A stretch of DNA of 64,000 nucleotides from Magnetococcales bacterium (GCA_015231175.1 JADGBZ010000007.1:1846-65845); one strand, 5' to 3'. Numbered from the stretch's first letter, positions 1-9,406 are shown. Notes: a model not told the origin generated them from the letters alone. Made by a program: numbers and translations.

Positions 1-1
1 A

Positions 2-1993
2 CCGGGGCGTTTGTTGACAGGGTGCAATTATGAACCGGGAACAAGCGGGGGATATCGGCGCATCGAAGGGTTTGAACGGTTCGATGGTCGAACAAGTCCC
101 AGTGCCGCGACTTATTGGACTTTGCGTTTTGAACTGGGCAGTGCCGAGGTGATTCAGGGGGAAACGGTCATCGGAGCCACATCGGGCGCAACCGGCAAGG
201 CGCTGGTCGATGGGATCCTGGAACAGGGCCTTTATGCGAACGCCGACGCCAGAGGATTTCTTGTCCTGCTTGATACAAGTGGGACTTTCGCCCCCGGGGA
301 GGCGGTCAAAGTGGGAAATGTAACCCGATGTTTTGCATCCAGTCACCAACTGGAGAGAGGCACAGTCGATGAAGAGGCGGACGCACTCTGGCTCCAACAA
401 GTCAGAAATATTCTCCGGGGGCGAATCCAGGCTCTTCCCGGCTCGGGATGTGTGCGCGGCGTCTGGCTCTACAAAGGAATAGCCTACGCTTTTCGGGATG
501 ATGCAGCAGGCGAGCAGTGTGTGATGCATCGCAGCAGCAGCACGGGCTGGCAACCCTGTGACCTGGGCGAGAGACTCGGTTTTCAGGCTGGGGTGTTGCC
601 TTTTGCCGAAAATGAGGCGCTGTTGGGTATGACTTCAGGGGCCAGTGCGACCATCAAACGGATTGTGGTGACAACCGGCCATTGGGAGACCGAAGATGCT
701 GCCGGTCGCTTGATTTTATACAACGTTGTCGGTGATTTTGTGGATGGCGAGGCCATCCATTCCACGCAGGGCGCCGCTACGGCAAGCGGCGTCAATGCGG
801 TGCAAACCCTGTCGGCAGGCGGGCGGTTTGAGTTTGTGAACCACAACTTTTTCGGTCATGTCTCCTCGGTACGCATGTACGGCGTCAACGGGATCGATCC
901 GGGGTTTGAATGGGACGGAGAGGTATTTGTTCCCATCTTGACAGGCATGGCAGAAGATCGCCCAACCCACCTTGCTGCACATACAAAACATCTCTTTTTT
1001 TCGTTTTCCGGTGGTTCATTGCAACACTCGGGAACAGGTGAACCCCTGGAGTGGCAAGTAAGCATCGGGGCAGGAGAGATGGCCCTGGGTGACGAAATGA
1101 CCGGCATGTTACCGGTCGTGGGTGGTGTTTTGACCCTCTTTTGTCGCAATGCGACCTATGCCCTCTATGGGACAAGCTCTGCGGATTGGCGTCTGGATTT
1201 GTTGTCTGGAGAGTCCGGCGCCATTCCCTGGACGCTACAGGATATGGGCCGCCCGGTCTACCTCGATGATCGTGGCGTTCGCCAATTGTCGGCAGTTCAA
1301 GAGTTTGGCGATTTTCACGCGGGCACGCTCAGTCATGTCATCCAGCCTTGGCTTGCCGCCAAAATGGGACAGGCCCTCTCCTCACTTCGGGTGCGCAGCA
1401 AGGATCAATATCGTATTTATTTTTCTGACAACAGCGGGTTGATCTGCACTTTGGTGTCGGGACTCTCACCGACCTTCATGCTTGTCGACTATGGTTTACC
1501 CGTGTCATGCACCTGTTCCCAGGAGGAGGTGAGTGGCTCTGAAAAATTGTTATTTGGGTCGGATAACGGCTTCGTCTACCAGTTGGATTCTGGAAAATCC
1601 TTTGATGGCCAGGAGGTGGTGGCCTTTTTGCGCTTGCCATTCAACCATCTTGGCCTGCCAGCCCATCGCAAACGCTTTCGCAAAGCTTTCCTGGAAATTG
1701 ATGCCGGCCCGGAAACAACGATACAAGTTTTGCCTAACTACTCCTATGGCAATCCAGAGATTCCATCGCCCCTGGTGCAGGTGTTTGATGTGCGCGGTGG
1801 CGGCGGTGTCTGGGATGAAGCGGAGTGGTCAGAGTTTATCTGGGACAGTCAACAGGTTGGAACAGCCGAAGCCAGAATTGACGGAGTGGGAACCAATATC
1901 GGTCTGAGCATTCTTTCGCATGCAACGGAAGAGAGTCCACACCTGATCCATGGCATTACGTACCATTTCAGCCCCAGGGGGATGATTCGATGA
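2..1993 (+). CDS. phage-type virion structural protein (tail/baseplate-associated?), 5' end probably outside window
   Basis: ORF track 11..1993 (660 aa). The frame stays open back to nt 2. ATGA stop/start overlap (1990-1993) with a recognisable tail-fibre gene. Internally duplicated motif (GETVIGATSGATGKALV / EALLGMTSGASATIKRIV). No cellular homologue recognised. Confidence 0.5.
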   Translation, partial: PGRLLTGCNYEPGTSGGYRRIEGFERFDGRTSPSAATYWTLRFELGSAEVIQGETVIGATSGATGKALVDGILEQGLYANADARGFLVLLDTSGTFAPGEAVKVGNVTRCFASSHQLERGTVDEEADALWLQQVRNILRGRIQALPGSGCVRGVWLYKGIAYAFRDDAAGEQCVMHRSSSTGWQPCDLGERLGFQAGVLPFAENEALLGMTSGASATIKRIVVTTGHWETEDAAGRLILYNVVGDFVDGEAIHSTQGAATASGVNAVQTLSAGGRFEFVNHNFFGHVSSVRMYGVNGIDPGFEWDGEVFVPILTGMAEDRPTHLAAHTKHLFFSFSGGSLQHSGTGEPLEWQVSIGAGEMALGDEMTGMLPVVGGVLTLFCRNATYALYGTSSADWRLDLLSGESGAIPWTLQDMGRPVYLDDRGVRQLSAVQEFGDFHAGTLSHVIQPWLAAKMGQALSSLRVRSKDQYRIYFSDNSGLICTLVSGLSPTFMLVDYGLPVSCTCSQEEVSGSEKLLFGSDNGFVYQLDSGKSFDGQEVVAFLRLPFNHLGLPAHRKRFRKAFLEIDAGPETTIQVLPNYSYGNPEIPSPLVQVFDVRGGGGVWDEAEWSEFIWDSQQVGTAEARIDGVGTNIGLSILSHATEESPHLIHGITYHFSPRGMIR

Positions 1994-3585
1994 GTAATGA
2001 CTATTTTAATTTCACCAACCGCATGGTGGAACATACGACAGCACGCTGCACGGCATTGAACGAATTGTTCGACCAGATCGAAACTGGACTGGCCAAGTTG
2101 CCCGATGTCGATCTCTTGAAAAAAGGTGGTGTCTGTTTTGGCCAGGATACCGGCGAGGCCAACGCCTATGTCGTGACCATTCCGTCGGCGCCTGCCAGCT
2201 ACGAGGCGGGACAGGAAGTGCAGTTTCAGGCGACCCATGCCAATACCGGAGCCTGCACCATCGATGTCAATGGGTTGGGTGTCAAATCCATTCGGCGCAT
2301 TGACGGATCGCACCCCCTGGCCCAAGACATTGTGGCCAACAGTCTCATCACCCTGCGCTATGATGCCCTCCAGGGGTGGTTCCAGATCATGAACAATCTG
2401 ATGGGTGATGTCGTCTCGGCCAACATCTTGATGAATGCGTGCAGCAATTCCGCTGCCGAGGCTGCGGTTTCGGCGAGCCAGGCAGTAAACTCGGCGGTGA
2501 ACGCTGCCGCATCCGCCTCCGACTCCGCCGATTCAGCCGCCCTGGCCGCCGGTTATGCTTCCCAACTGCATCTACCGCCCTTTCAGGCTGGAGATGCCGG
2601 CAAGGCGTTGGTGGTCAATGCTGCCGAAAATGCCTATGTTCACACCTTTCCGGAGTATGGCACCTGGAAAAACAATATCATCAACGGCGGGTTTCGTATC
2701 TGGCAAAGAGGAACGTCGTGGAGCGGGTTGATCGCCAGCGGATTTACCGCTGATCGCCACAAGCTCTACATCAGTGGAACATTCAATGCCTCTGCGTCGC
2801 AGCAGTCATTTGCCGTTGGCCAAAGTGAAGTGCCGGGGTACCCGATCTACTATCTTCGTATCACCGGCAACTCTGGTTCAGGCACATGTGGCTGGGAGTA
2901 TAAAATTGAAGATGTACGAACGCTGGCCGAAAAAAGCGTGACGTTTTCCATGTATGTCAAGGGAACGGCAGGTGGAACCTTTACCCTGAGCATGTACCAG
3001 GATTTTGGATCGGGGGGTTCCGCCGCTGTCACGGTTGCAACGACGACATCCACGATTTCTTCCAACTGGGTGCGATTGGTTTTGACTGCGGTCTTGCCAT
3101 CCCTGAGTGGCAAGAGCATCGGAGACGACTCATGTGTTCAATTTCGCTTCGAACAAGCTGGGTGGACGGGAAACCTGGATATCGCCCATACCCAACTTGA
3201 GGTCGGCGATGTAGCGACCGAGTTTGCCGCAGGCCCGGTCGATATGGAGCTTGCGCGGTGCAGAAGATATTTCTTCAAATATTTTGGCAACCTGTGGGGT
3301 TATGTCAGGGCGACTGGTCCGGGCAATCCGGATTGGGTTCTCAGAAGTTGCTTGAGCATCACCATGCGCGTTCGCAGCCCGGCTGTTTACCTCCCGTCGT
3401 CCATCTCATCCTGGGTTCTGGAAAGCGCCGGGGAGGCGTCGGGATATACCATCCGATGGATCGCCCATGATTACACGGATTTGACCATCACCCTCGATGG
3501 CGGTCTGGAAGGGCGCACCAGGGGCATGGGAGCATGGCTTGGGGTGACGGAAGATCAACCACTTCTTATCGATGCGGAACTGTGA
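1990..3585 (+). CDS. phage tail fibre protein
   Basis: 531 aa. N-terminal region looks like tail-fibre attachment domains (GEANAYVVTIPSAPASYEAGQEVQFQATHANTGACTIDVNGLGVKSI). Ala/Ser-rich coiled stretch (SNSAAEAAVSASQAVNSAVNAAASASDSADSAALAAGYA). The C-terminal part is unrecognisable and may bind the receptor. Confidence 0.7.
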   Translation: MSNDYFNFTNRMVEHTTARCTALNELFDQIETGLAKLPDVDLLKKGGVCFGQDTGEANAYVVTIPSAPASYEAGQEVQFQATHANTGACTIDVNGLGVKSIRRIDGSHPLAQDIVANSLITLRYDALQGWFQIMNNLMGDVVSANILMNACSNSAAEAAVSASQAVNSAVNAAASASDSADSAALAAGYASQLHLPPFQAGDAGKALVVNAAENAYVHTFPEYGTWKNNIINGGFRIWQRGTSWSGLIASGFTADRHKLYISGTFNASASQQSFAVGQSEVPGYPIYYLRITGNSGSGTCGWEYKIEDVRTLAEKSVTFSMYVKGTAGGTFTLSMYQDFGSGGSAAVTVATTTSTISSNWVRLVLTAVLPSLSGKSIGDDSCVQFRFEQAGWTGNLDIAHTQLEVGDVATEFAAGPVDMELARCRRYFFKYFGNLWGYVRATGPGNPDWVLRSCLSITMRVRSPAVYLPSSISSWVLESAGEASGYTIRWIAHDYTDLTITLDGGLEGRTRGMGAWLGVTEDQPLLIDAEL

Positions 3586-3593
3586 GGCCATCC

Positions 3594-3791
3594 ATGGACA
3601 TTGTCTCGATCAAATATGCCGATGCATCGAATGATCGCATCATGATCTCGTGCGCATCCGGCCAGGACTTCTTCACGGCCTGGCCATGCCAGACCTGGCA
3701 TCGTGCGGCCATCGAGGCTTGGCTTGCCGTGCTGGATGAGCAGGGGCAACCGGTCAACCACATTGCGGCTTATATGCCCGGCAACCCGTGA
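3594..3791 (+). CDS. small hypothetical protein downstream of tail fibre (possible fibre assembly factor)
   Basis: ORF track 3534..3791 trimmed to ATG 3594 (MDIVSIKYADASN..., 65 aa), which has GAGG 6 nt upstream. Starts 8 nt after the fibre stop. Confidence 0.4.
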   Translation: MDIVSIKYADASNDRIMISCASGQDFFTAWPCQTWHRAAIEAWLAVLDEQGQPVNHIAAYMPGNP

Positions 3792-3875
3792 CAGGGTCAT
3801 TCCCATACCAGATCAAGCGTTTGCTTCGTTGACTGCCTCACTCGCTCCGCAACCATTCACCATCCGGCCACGCAT

Positions 3876-3965
3876 CGGGGTCCAGGGGGCTGTCTCCCTG
3901 GCTTTGTCCAGGGCAGCGTCCTGGTGGGGCTCGGGGCGAAGCCCTGACAAAGGCCTCCATATCCG
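3876..3965 (+). repeat. REP-like ~90-bp GC-rich dispersed element, copy 1
   Basis: Near-identical to 28032-28120 and related, in inverted orientation, to 16517-16604. Conserved ends CGGGRTCCAGGGGG ... TCGGGGCRAAGCCCTGA. Internal hairpin CCCTGG-CTTTGT-CCAGGG. Lies in the spacer between convergent genes. Confidence 0.75.
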
Positions 3966-4017
3966 GGCTTTTCTTGCAAGGGTGATGAATCGTTGCCAGC
4001 GAGGAAATCCCGTGGCA

Positions 4018-4413
4018 TCACTTGATGGGTTTGATGGCAAACACGCTGGGTTTGCGGCGTTTGTTGGCGCTTTTTAAATCATCCAGATAGGTTTGCCACA
4101 GGGCTTCCTTGTTGACTCCGGAATCCCAGAGCATTTCCCAGGAGTAGACGCCAGTATCGTGGTTGTCACTGAAGGCTATTTTGACGGCATAGCGCCCAAC
4201 AGGGGTGATGGAGGTTATGGTGACATCCTGTTTGCCATCGATGAGCTTCGCCTGGTCCGGGGTATGACCCCGGCAATCCGCGCAAGGACAGACGACGCGC
4301 AGATACTCCATGCTCAATTCCATCTGTTCGCCGGTATTCCAGGTGATGCGGACCACGCGATCCTTGGTGATCTGGCGGAGTTCCGTGGGGGTGTGGCGGC
4401 TGCCGTAGGTCAT
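4018..4413 (-). CDS. DUF971 (gamma-butyrobetaine hydroxylase-like N-terminal) domain protein
   Basis: ORF track 4018..4638 trimmed to ATG at 4413 (MTYGSRHTPTELRQ..., 131 aa). Typical DUF971 features: ITWNTGEQMELSMEYLRVVCPCADCRGH and RYAVKIAFSDNHDTGVYSW. Confidence 0.75.
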   Translation of the reverse strand: MTYGSRHTPTELRQITKDRVVRITWNTGEQMELSMEYLRVVCPCADCRGHTPDQAKLIDGKQDVTITSITPVGRYAVKIAFSDNHDTGVYSWEMLWDSGVNKEALWQTYLDDLKSANKRRKPSVFAIKPIK

Positions 4414-4438
4414 GAGAAGGCTCCTGAAGAAAATAAGG

Positions 4439-5563
4439 TCAGGTCGTTGGCGCGGTGGGGTCGGGTGCGGAGGGGGTCGAGGCCAGATATTCCAGAGTTT
4501 GACGCCATTGCCGATACTCTCCGTGAGCCAACAGGGCCGCCATGTCACCCGGCTCGACGCGGCCCGGGGCGAGGATGCGATCGATCCTTTGACTGATCTC
4601 CTCCCAGCCGGAAACCGCTTCCCTTTCCTGCAAAACACGTTCGATCCCGGCTGTCACCAGGGTGGCATCTTCCAGACGACCCGTGCAGCACAACACGAGG
4701 TCACACCCGGCTCGCAGGGACAACTCCGCACGCCTGTCCAACGATCCCGTCAAAGCGCCCATCTCCAGGGCGTCGGTGACCACCAGACCATGATAGCGCC
4801 ACTGCCGGCGCAATAAATCCCGCAACAAGGGTGCAGACCAGGTGGCGGGTTGCTCCGGGTCGACTCCCGTGGCCACCAGATGGGCGGTCATGATCAGGGG
4901 CAGTTGCGCCAGCAGCGCTTGAAAGGGGCGGAGTTCCCATCGTTCCAGGAGATCTCGCTCCTTGACAACGCAGGGCAGCGACTTGTGAGAATCGGCTCGG
5001 GCGGCGCCATGCCCGGGGAAATGTTTGCCCACGGCCAGACCGCCGGCTGCCGTAAAGCCCTTGAGCCAGGCCCCGGCGAGACGTACAACTTGCTGGGGAT
5101 CCCAGCCAAAGGCGCGTTCGGCAATCACCGGGTTGGCTTGTGCTTCGCGAATATCCAAGACTGGAGCGCAATTGATGCCGATACCCAGGGTGATCATTTC
5201 CCGACCGCTCAACCAGCCAGCCTGGCGGGACAACAGCTCCGCCTGAACTGGATCCGATTGTTCCAATTCGGCAAAACGACCAGGGCTCGGATAGGGCGTC
5301 AACGGGCGCCTTATCCTCTGGACTCGTCCTCCCTCCTGATCCAACCAAAGGGTTGGTGGTGGTGTAGCCGTTTTGCGGATGGCGCGAATAAGGTTTTGGA
5401 TCTGGAGAATGTCAACCAGGTTGCGGGCAAATAAAATCACCCCGGACGGGCGGACTGTACGAAGGAACTTTTCCTCTTCCGCATTCAGCTCTGGACCGGA
5501 AAGGCTGGTGATGAGAAATTTTCCAGGATGGAGGATGCCGCCTGATGGAAATGTCATGGTCAT
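4439..5563 (-). CDS. nagZ: beta-N-acetylhexosaminidase (GH3, peptidoglycan recycling)
   Basis: 374 aa. GH3 motifs WLDQEGGRVQR, GINCAPVLD, KHFPGHG, VVTDALEMGAL. Start overlaps the stop of the upstream oxidoreductase gene (5560-5563). Confidence 0.85.
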   Translation of the reverse strand: MTMTFPSGGILHPGKFLITSLSGPELNAEEEKFLRTVRPSGVILFARNLVDILQIQNLIRAIRKTATPPPTLWLDQEGGRVQRIRRPLTPYPSPGRFAELEQSDPVQAELLSRQAGWLSGREMITLGIGINCAPVLDIREAQANPVIAERAFGWDPQQVVRLAGAWLKGFTAAGGLAVGKHFPGHGAARADSHKSLPCVVKERDLLERWELRPFQALLAQLPLIMTAHLVATGVDPEQPATWSAPLLRDLLRRQWRYHGLVVTDALEMGALTGSLDRRAELSLRAGCDLVLCCTGRLEDATLVTAGIERVLQEREAVSGWEEISQRIDRILAPGRVEPGDMAALLAHGEYRQWRQTLEYLASTPSAPDPTAPTT

Positions 5564-7641
5564 TGCGTCAAGATGTCAGAGAGTGAGTGCTTTTTGCCTC
5601 CCCGATCCAGGGCGCGCACCTCCACACGGTTGTCATGAAAAGCCGCACCGCCATCCGGGGCGACGCGATCACCATGGGTGAGCACATTCAGAGAGATGCC
5701 TTCCGGGAATTCCGTTCCATGATAGTTCGATTCGCACAGGCAGAGACCGGGACGGACATCGGTGGTGACTTTGGCGGTCATCGTCAATCCGCCAAGGTCA
5801 TTGAAGACGGAGATCGGGGCGCCATCCTTGATGGAACGTGGTGTGGCGTCGTCAGGATGAATCCAAAGGAGCGGATGACCGCGCCGCCGTCGCGCTCCTT
5901 CGGCTACGGTGAAAGTGGTGTTGAGGACATCGTGTGCCGGTGGTGTCATAAAGTCCAGCGGATAACGTTCGGCCTGATGGGTGCGATCCCGGCTGTTGAC
6001 GGGCCAGTGGTCCGGGAAGAGGGGCATGGCAGGATCCCGCCACCCTGGGCGAAAATGAAAGCGTTGGTCGGGTTGGGCAAAGCCGTTTCGGAAATGGGCA
6101 GCGTCGGGATCCGGGGTAAAATCCAGCCAGGTTTTCACTCCCCAGGTAGCGACGGGCGGAAGTTTCGACTCTTTCAGGAGGGTATCCACGGTTTCGGCAA
6201 CGGATTGGGTAAAAGGTTGCTCCTGATAGCCGAGACGGATGGCCAGGGCATTGACCAGATCATGGTTGCACCAGGCCTCCTTGAAGGGGGGAAGTATGGG
6301 TTTGGCGTGTTGCAGGGTACATTGCCCATAGGATTTATAGAGATCCGCGTGTTCGAGAAAGGTGGTGGCGGGGAGCACGACATCGGCCCAGAGAGCGGTA
6401 TCGCTCATGACCTGTTCATGGACGACCGTGAAGAGATTTTCCCGGGCCAATCCGGCACGGACACGACGCAAATCCGGGCAGGAGGATGCCGGGTTGGCAT
6501 TGGCGACGATCAGCACCGCAACGGGCGGGGCCAAAGTGGCGTCGGTGAGAACGGCGCCCAGGCGGCTCATGTCCAGGAGGCGGGCAGGCGTATCACCCAT
6601 CCAGGCGGTTTGGCGGACGGGTTCGTCATGGATGCGCAGGGATTCGCCGGTGCTGAGCAGAATGCCTCCGCCAGGATGTGCCCAGGCGCCGGTGATGGCG
6701 GGCAGACAGGTGATGGCATGGACGTTGACGGCTCCATTGTTGTGGCGGGTCATGCCGTATCCCAGGCGTATGAAGGGGGCTTTGGCGCGACCAAAACGGC
6801 GGGCAAAAGAGCGGATCTCTTCGGGAGAGAGGCCGGTTATGGGGGCAGCCCACTTCGGTGTGCGGCTGAGAAAGTGGGCGCGCAGTTCATCATCGAAGTC
6901 CGTGAATGTGGCGAGATAGTCCGGGTTGCCGTACCCCTCGTTGAGAAGAACATGGATCATGGCCAGGGCCAGGGCGGCGTCGGTTCCCGGACGTGGGGCG
7001 ATGTGGAGATCGGCAAGACGTGCGGTGCGGTTGCGGTAGGGGTCGACGACGGCAAGAGTCGCCCCTTTTTGGCGGGCCTCCTTGATGAAGGGCATCAGGT
7101 TGATATGGGTAGATACGGCATTGATGCCCCAAAGAATGATGAGATCACTCGCTGCCATTTCATGGGGGTCCGGGCCGATACTTTTGCCGATGCCGGCCAT
7201 CCATCCTGCCTGTCCAATGGAGGAGCAAATATTTTTTTCCAGCCGGGACCAACCGGCCCGATGGGTCAGCCGATCCCAGGCTGGTCTTTGCACCAGGCCC
7301 ATGGTGCCGCCATAATAATAGGGAAAGACGCTTTCCGGTCCATATTGGGTCGTTGCCTGCCGCAGTTTTTGCACCACGAGATCCAGGGCCTCATCCCATG
7401 TGGCTTTGCGGAACTGGCCAGCTCCTTTGACACCGGTGCGGATCATGGGGTGGCCAATACGGGGGCCCTCCTGGATTTCCCGGTAGCGGCTGACCTTGCC
7501 GCAGATCACGCCTCGGGTGAATGGGTGGTCCGGGTTGCCACGAATCGACAGCAGGCGCCCTTTGGCGTCGATTTGGACGCGCAGGGCGCAGGCGCCAGGG
7601 CAATCGAGGGGACACGTGCTGGAATGTTTGGTCGAGGGCAT
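5560..7641 (-). CDS. molybdopterin (bis-MGD) oxidoreductase family protein
   Basis: ORF track 5560..7881 trimmed to ATG 7641 (MPSTKHSSTCPLDCPGACAL..., 693 aa). N-terminal Cys cluster C-x3-C-x3-C. MopB-like core (ATWDEALD, ILWGINA, ATLAVVDPY) and a C-terminal molybdopterin dinucleotide-binding-type region. Confidence 0.8.
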   Translation of the reverse strand: MPSTKHSSTCPLDCPGACALRVQIDAKGRLLSIRGNPDHPFTRGVICGKVSRYREIQEGPRIGHPMIRTGVKGAGQFRKATWDEALDLVVQKLRQATTQYGPESVFPYYYGGTMGLVQRPAWDRLTHRAGWSRLEKNICSSIGQAGWMAGIGKSIGPDPHEMAASDLIILWGINAVSTHINLMPFIKEARQKGATLAVVDPYRNRTARLADLHIAPRPGTDAALALAMIHVLLNEGYGNPDYLATFTDFDDELRAHFLSRTPKWAAPITGLSPEEIRSFARRFGRAKAPFIRLGYGMTRHNNGAVNVHAITCLPAITGAWAHPGGGILLSTGESLRIHDEPVRQTAWMGDTPARLLDMSRLGAVLTDATLAPPVAVLIVANANPASSCPDLRRVRAGLARENLFTVVHEQVMSDTALWADVVLPATTFLEHADLYKSYGQCTLQHAKPILPPFKEAWCNHDLVNALAIRLGYQEQPFTQSVAETVDTLLKESKLPPVATWGVKTWLDFTPDPDAAHFRNGFAQPDQRFHFRPGWRDPAMPLFPDHWPVNSRDRTHQAERYPLDFMTPPAHDVLNTTFTVAEGARRRRGHPLLWIHPDDATPRSIKDGAPISVFNDLGGLTMTAKVTTDVRPGLCLCESNYHGTEFPEGISLNVLTHGDRVAPDGGAAFHDNRVEVRALDRGGKKHSLSDILTQ

Positions 7642-7690
7642 GACATTTTCTCTCTCAGGGTCGATGCTTTCCGGGGCAGGCTGACAGCAT

Positions 7691-8317
7691 ATGAAAAAAT
7701 CCGACGTGATGGCAGTTTTTTCCGCATTTCGGGATGCCAATCCTGAACCGCGTGGGGATTTGCTCTTTCGCAACCCCTTTGAACTCCTGGTTGCCGTGGT
7801 GCTGTCCGCCCAGGCGACCGATCGGGTGGTAAACCAGGTGACGCCGGCCCTTTTTGCGGCGGCGCCCGATCCGCACGCCATGGTGGTTTTGGGGGAGGAG
7901 GGGATTCGGTCTTACATTCACACGGTCGGTTTGTACAACACCAAGGCGAGACATATCCACCTCCTGAGTGGAGAGTTGTTGCGCAGGCATGGGGGAGAGG
8001 TTCCGGACCGGCGTGAAGCCTTGGAGGCCTTGCCGGGGGTGGGACGCAAATCGGCCAATGTCGTGCTCAACGTCGTTTTTGGACAGCCGACCCTGGCGGT
8101 GGATACGCACGTTTTTCGGGTGGCCAACCGGACAGGTCTGGCGGCAGGCAAGACGCCGTTGCAGGTGGAAGAGTTGTTGCTCGCCAGGGTTCCGCCGCCA
8201 TTTTTGTTGCATGCGCACCATTGGTTGATTTTGCATGGCCGGCATGTTTGTCAGGCGCGGCGGCCACGTTGTGAGGGGTGTCTGATTCGGCGTTGGTGCG
8301 CGCTGGGGAAGGAGTGA
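7691..8317 (+). CDS. nth: endonuclease III
   Basis: 208 aa. FELLVAVVLSAQATD, HhH-GPD motif LPGVGRKSANVVL, and C-terminal Fe-S cluster C-x6-C-x2-C-x5-C (CQARRPRCEGCLIRRWC). Confidence 0.95.
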   Translation: MKKSDVMAVFSAFRDANPEPRGDLLFRNPFELLVAVVLSAQATDRVVNQVTPALFAAAPDPHAMVVLGEEGIRSYIHTVGLYNTKARHIHLLSGELLRRHGGEVPDRREALEALPGVGRKSANVVLNVVFGQPTLAVDTHVFRVANRTGLAAGKTPLQVEELLLARVPPPFLLHAHHWLILHGRHVCQARRPRCEGCLIRRWCALGKE

Positions 8318-8445
8318 TCATGGCGGAGCGGGTAGACGATCCATTTCAATAAAAACATCCTTGGATATTTTTTGAAGGGGTGATCGTTGCGGAGCAGGTA
8401 GGAGATCTATTTTTATAAAAACATCCTTAGACATTTTTTTGGTTG
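8314..8445. repeat. 66-bp tandem duplication (2 units, about 80% identical) starting at the nth stop codon
   Basis: 8314-8379 and 8380-8445 align without gaps (15 mismatches by eye). Each unit carries an AT-rich hairpin plus T-run (AAAAACATCC-TT-GGATATTTTTT). Confidence 0.85.
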
Positions 8446-8539
8446 TTGAAAGCAGCAACCGGAACGGGATCACTCCGTTCCTCATCTGGTACCGGGTCAT
8501 GTCGACCCGGTCCGAACCATTCAAATGGGAGAAAAAAAC

Positions 8540-9310
8540 ATGAAAAGTCGTTATCCTGGTTATGGCGCATCCGGTATGGAGCCGGAACAAACTGTGGACG
8601 ATCAGACCAAAACCATGGTAGAAGGTGCGTTGGGAAGGATTGCCAATGAGACAACGGATTATCATCGCTACCTCGCGGCGGAGGTGGCGTCCAGGAGATT
8701 GCGCCAACAGACCGGGTGGAGGGTCAGCCCGGAATTGCTGGTGGCCCACGCTTTTGGTGAACAACAGCATATTGACCAGCTCCAGGAAGATTTGTACGCT
8801 GCCGAACAAAATGGGGAGTGGCGAAGATATGACCGGTTGCAGGACAGAAGGCGGGATGATTCTGTCATCAATCAGAATCTTGGGGGAACCACCCGCGAGG
8901 TGTTCGGGGCAGATCCGGATTTTGTTCGGTCTGACCAGCAGTCAGGTGGGGATGCAGCCGAGGGCAACGGTGAGAAGCCCATGGTTATGGCATGGGGTTG
9001 GTTGCCAAGAGTTATCGGTGCCGCTGCTGCCGGGGCGGCCTGGTACCTGAGAAAGACCCCGAATCATGCCATTGAAGGGGAAGCGTTGAAAGCCGGGAAA
9101 GGTCTTTACGAGGAACTGGAAGATGTCAAGAAAAATCAAGATGATGACGATAGTCTTTTTCTTGGCATGCTGAAAGGACGCCATCCTGGGGATAAGGATG
9201 TTCAGAAGGGGGCTGCCGCCCAACAGGAGCTCGTCGACTGTCATAAAAAAAATCATGGTTCTGATGTCGAGGAATGTCTGAGAACAAGTAAGATATGGAA
9301 CGGAAATTGA
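8540..9310 (+). CDS. hypothetical protein (acidic, one predicted TM helix)
   Basis: ORF track 8525..9310. ATG 8540 has GGGAGA 6 nt upstream. One hydrophobic segment (MVMAWGWLPRVIGAAAAGAAWYL). No recognisable domain. Confidence 0.5.
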   Translation: MKSRYPGYGASGMEPEQTVDDQTKTMVEGALGRIANETTDYHRYLAAEVASRRLRQQTGWRVSPELLVAHAFGEQQHIDQLQEDLYAAEQNGEWRRYDRLQDRRRDDSVINQNLGGTTREVFGADPDFVRSDQQSGGDAAEGNGEKPMVMAWGWLPRVIGAAAAGAAWYLRKTPNHAIEGEALKAGKGLYEELEDVKKNQDDDDSLFLGMLKGRHPGDKDVQKGAAAQQELVDCHKKNHGSDVEECLRTSKIWNGN

Positions 9311-9379
9311 GTGTGTGTTTCAGGTTAACAGAGATGTTTCCTGGATACTTGTGATAATCAGAGGTTTATCCTAAAATTA

Positions 9380-9406
9380 CCCAGGAAGGGCGCAACCCTT
9401 CCTGGG
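9380..9406 (+). terminator. stem-loop (11-bp stem, 5-nt loop) downstream of the hypothetical gene
   Basis: CCCAGGAAGGG-CGCAA-CCCTTCCTGGG, 70 nt after the stop at 9310. No U-tract follows. Confidence 0.4.

Noticed and set aside
5587-7746. 719-aa ORF on the plus strand
   Set aside because: It is antisense to the molybdopterin oxidoreductase gene, whose product has clear family motifs. The plus-strand translation is Gly/Arg/Ala-rich low-complexity sequence typical of shadow ORFs in GC-rich DNA.
8314-8445. CRISPR array (this and the other short direct repeats)
   Set aside because: There are only 2-3 directly abutting units with no intervening spacers, unit lengths are 41-66 bp, and no cas genes are present. 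These are tandem duplications, not CRISPRs.
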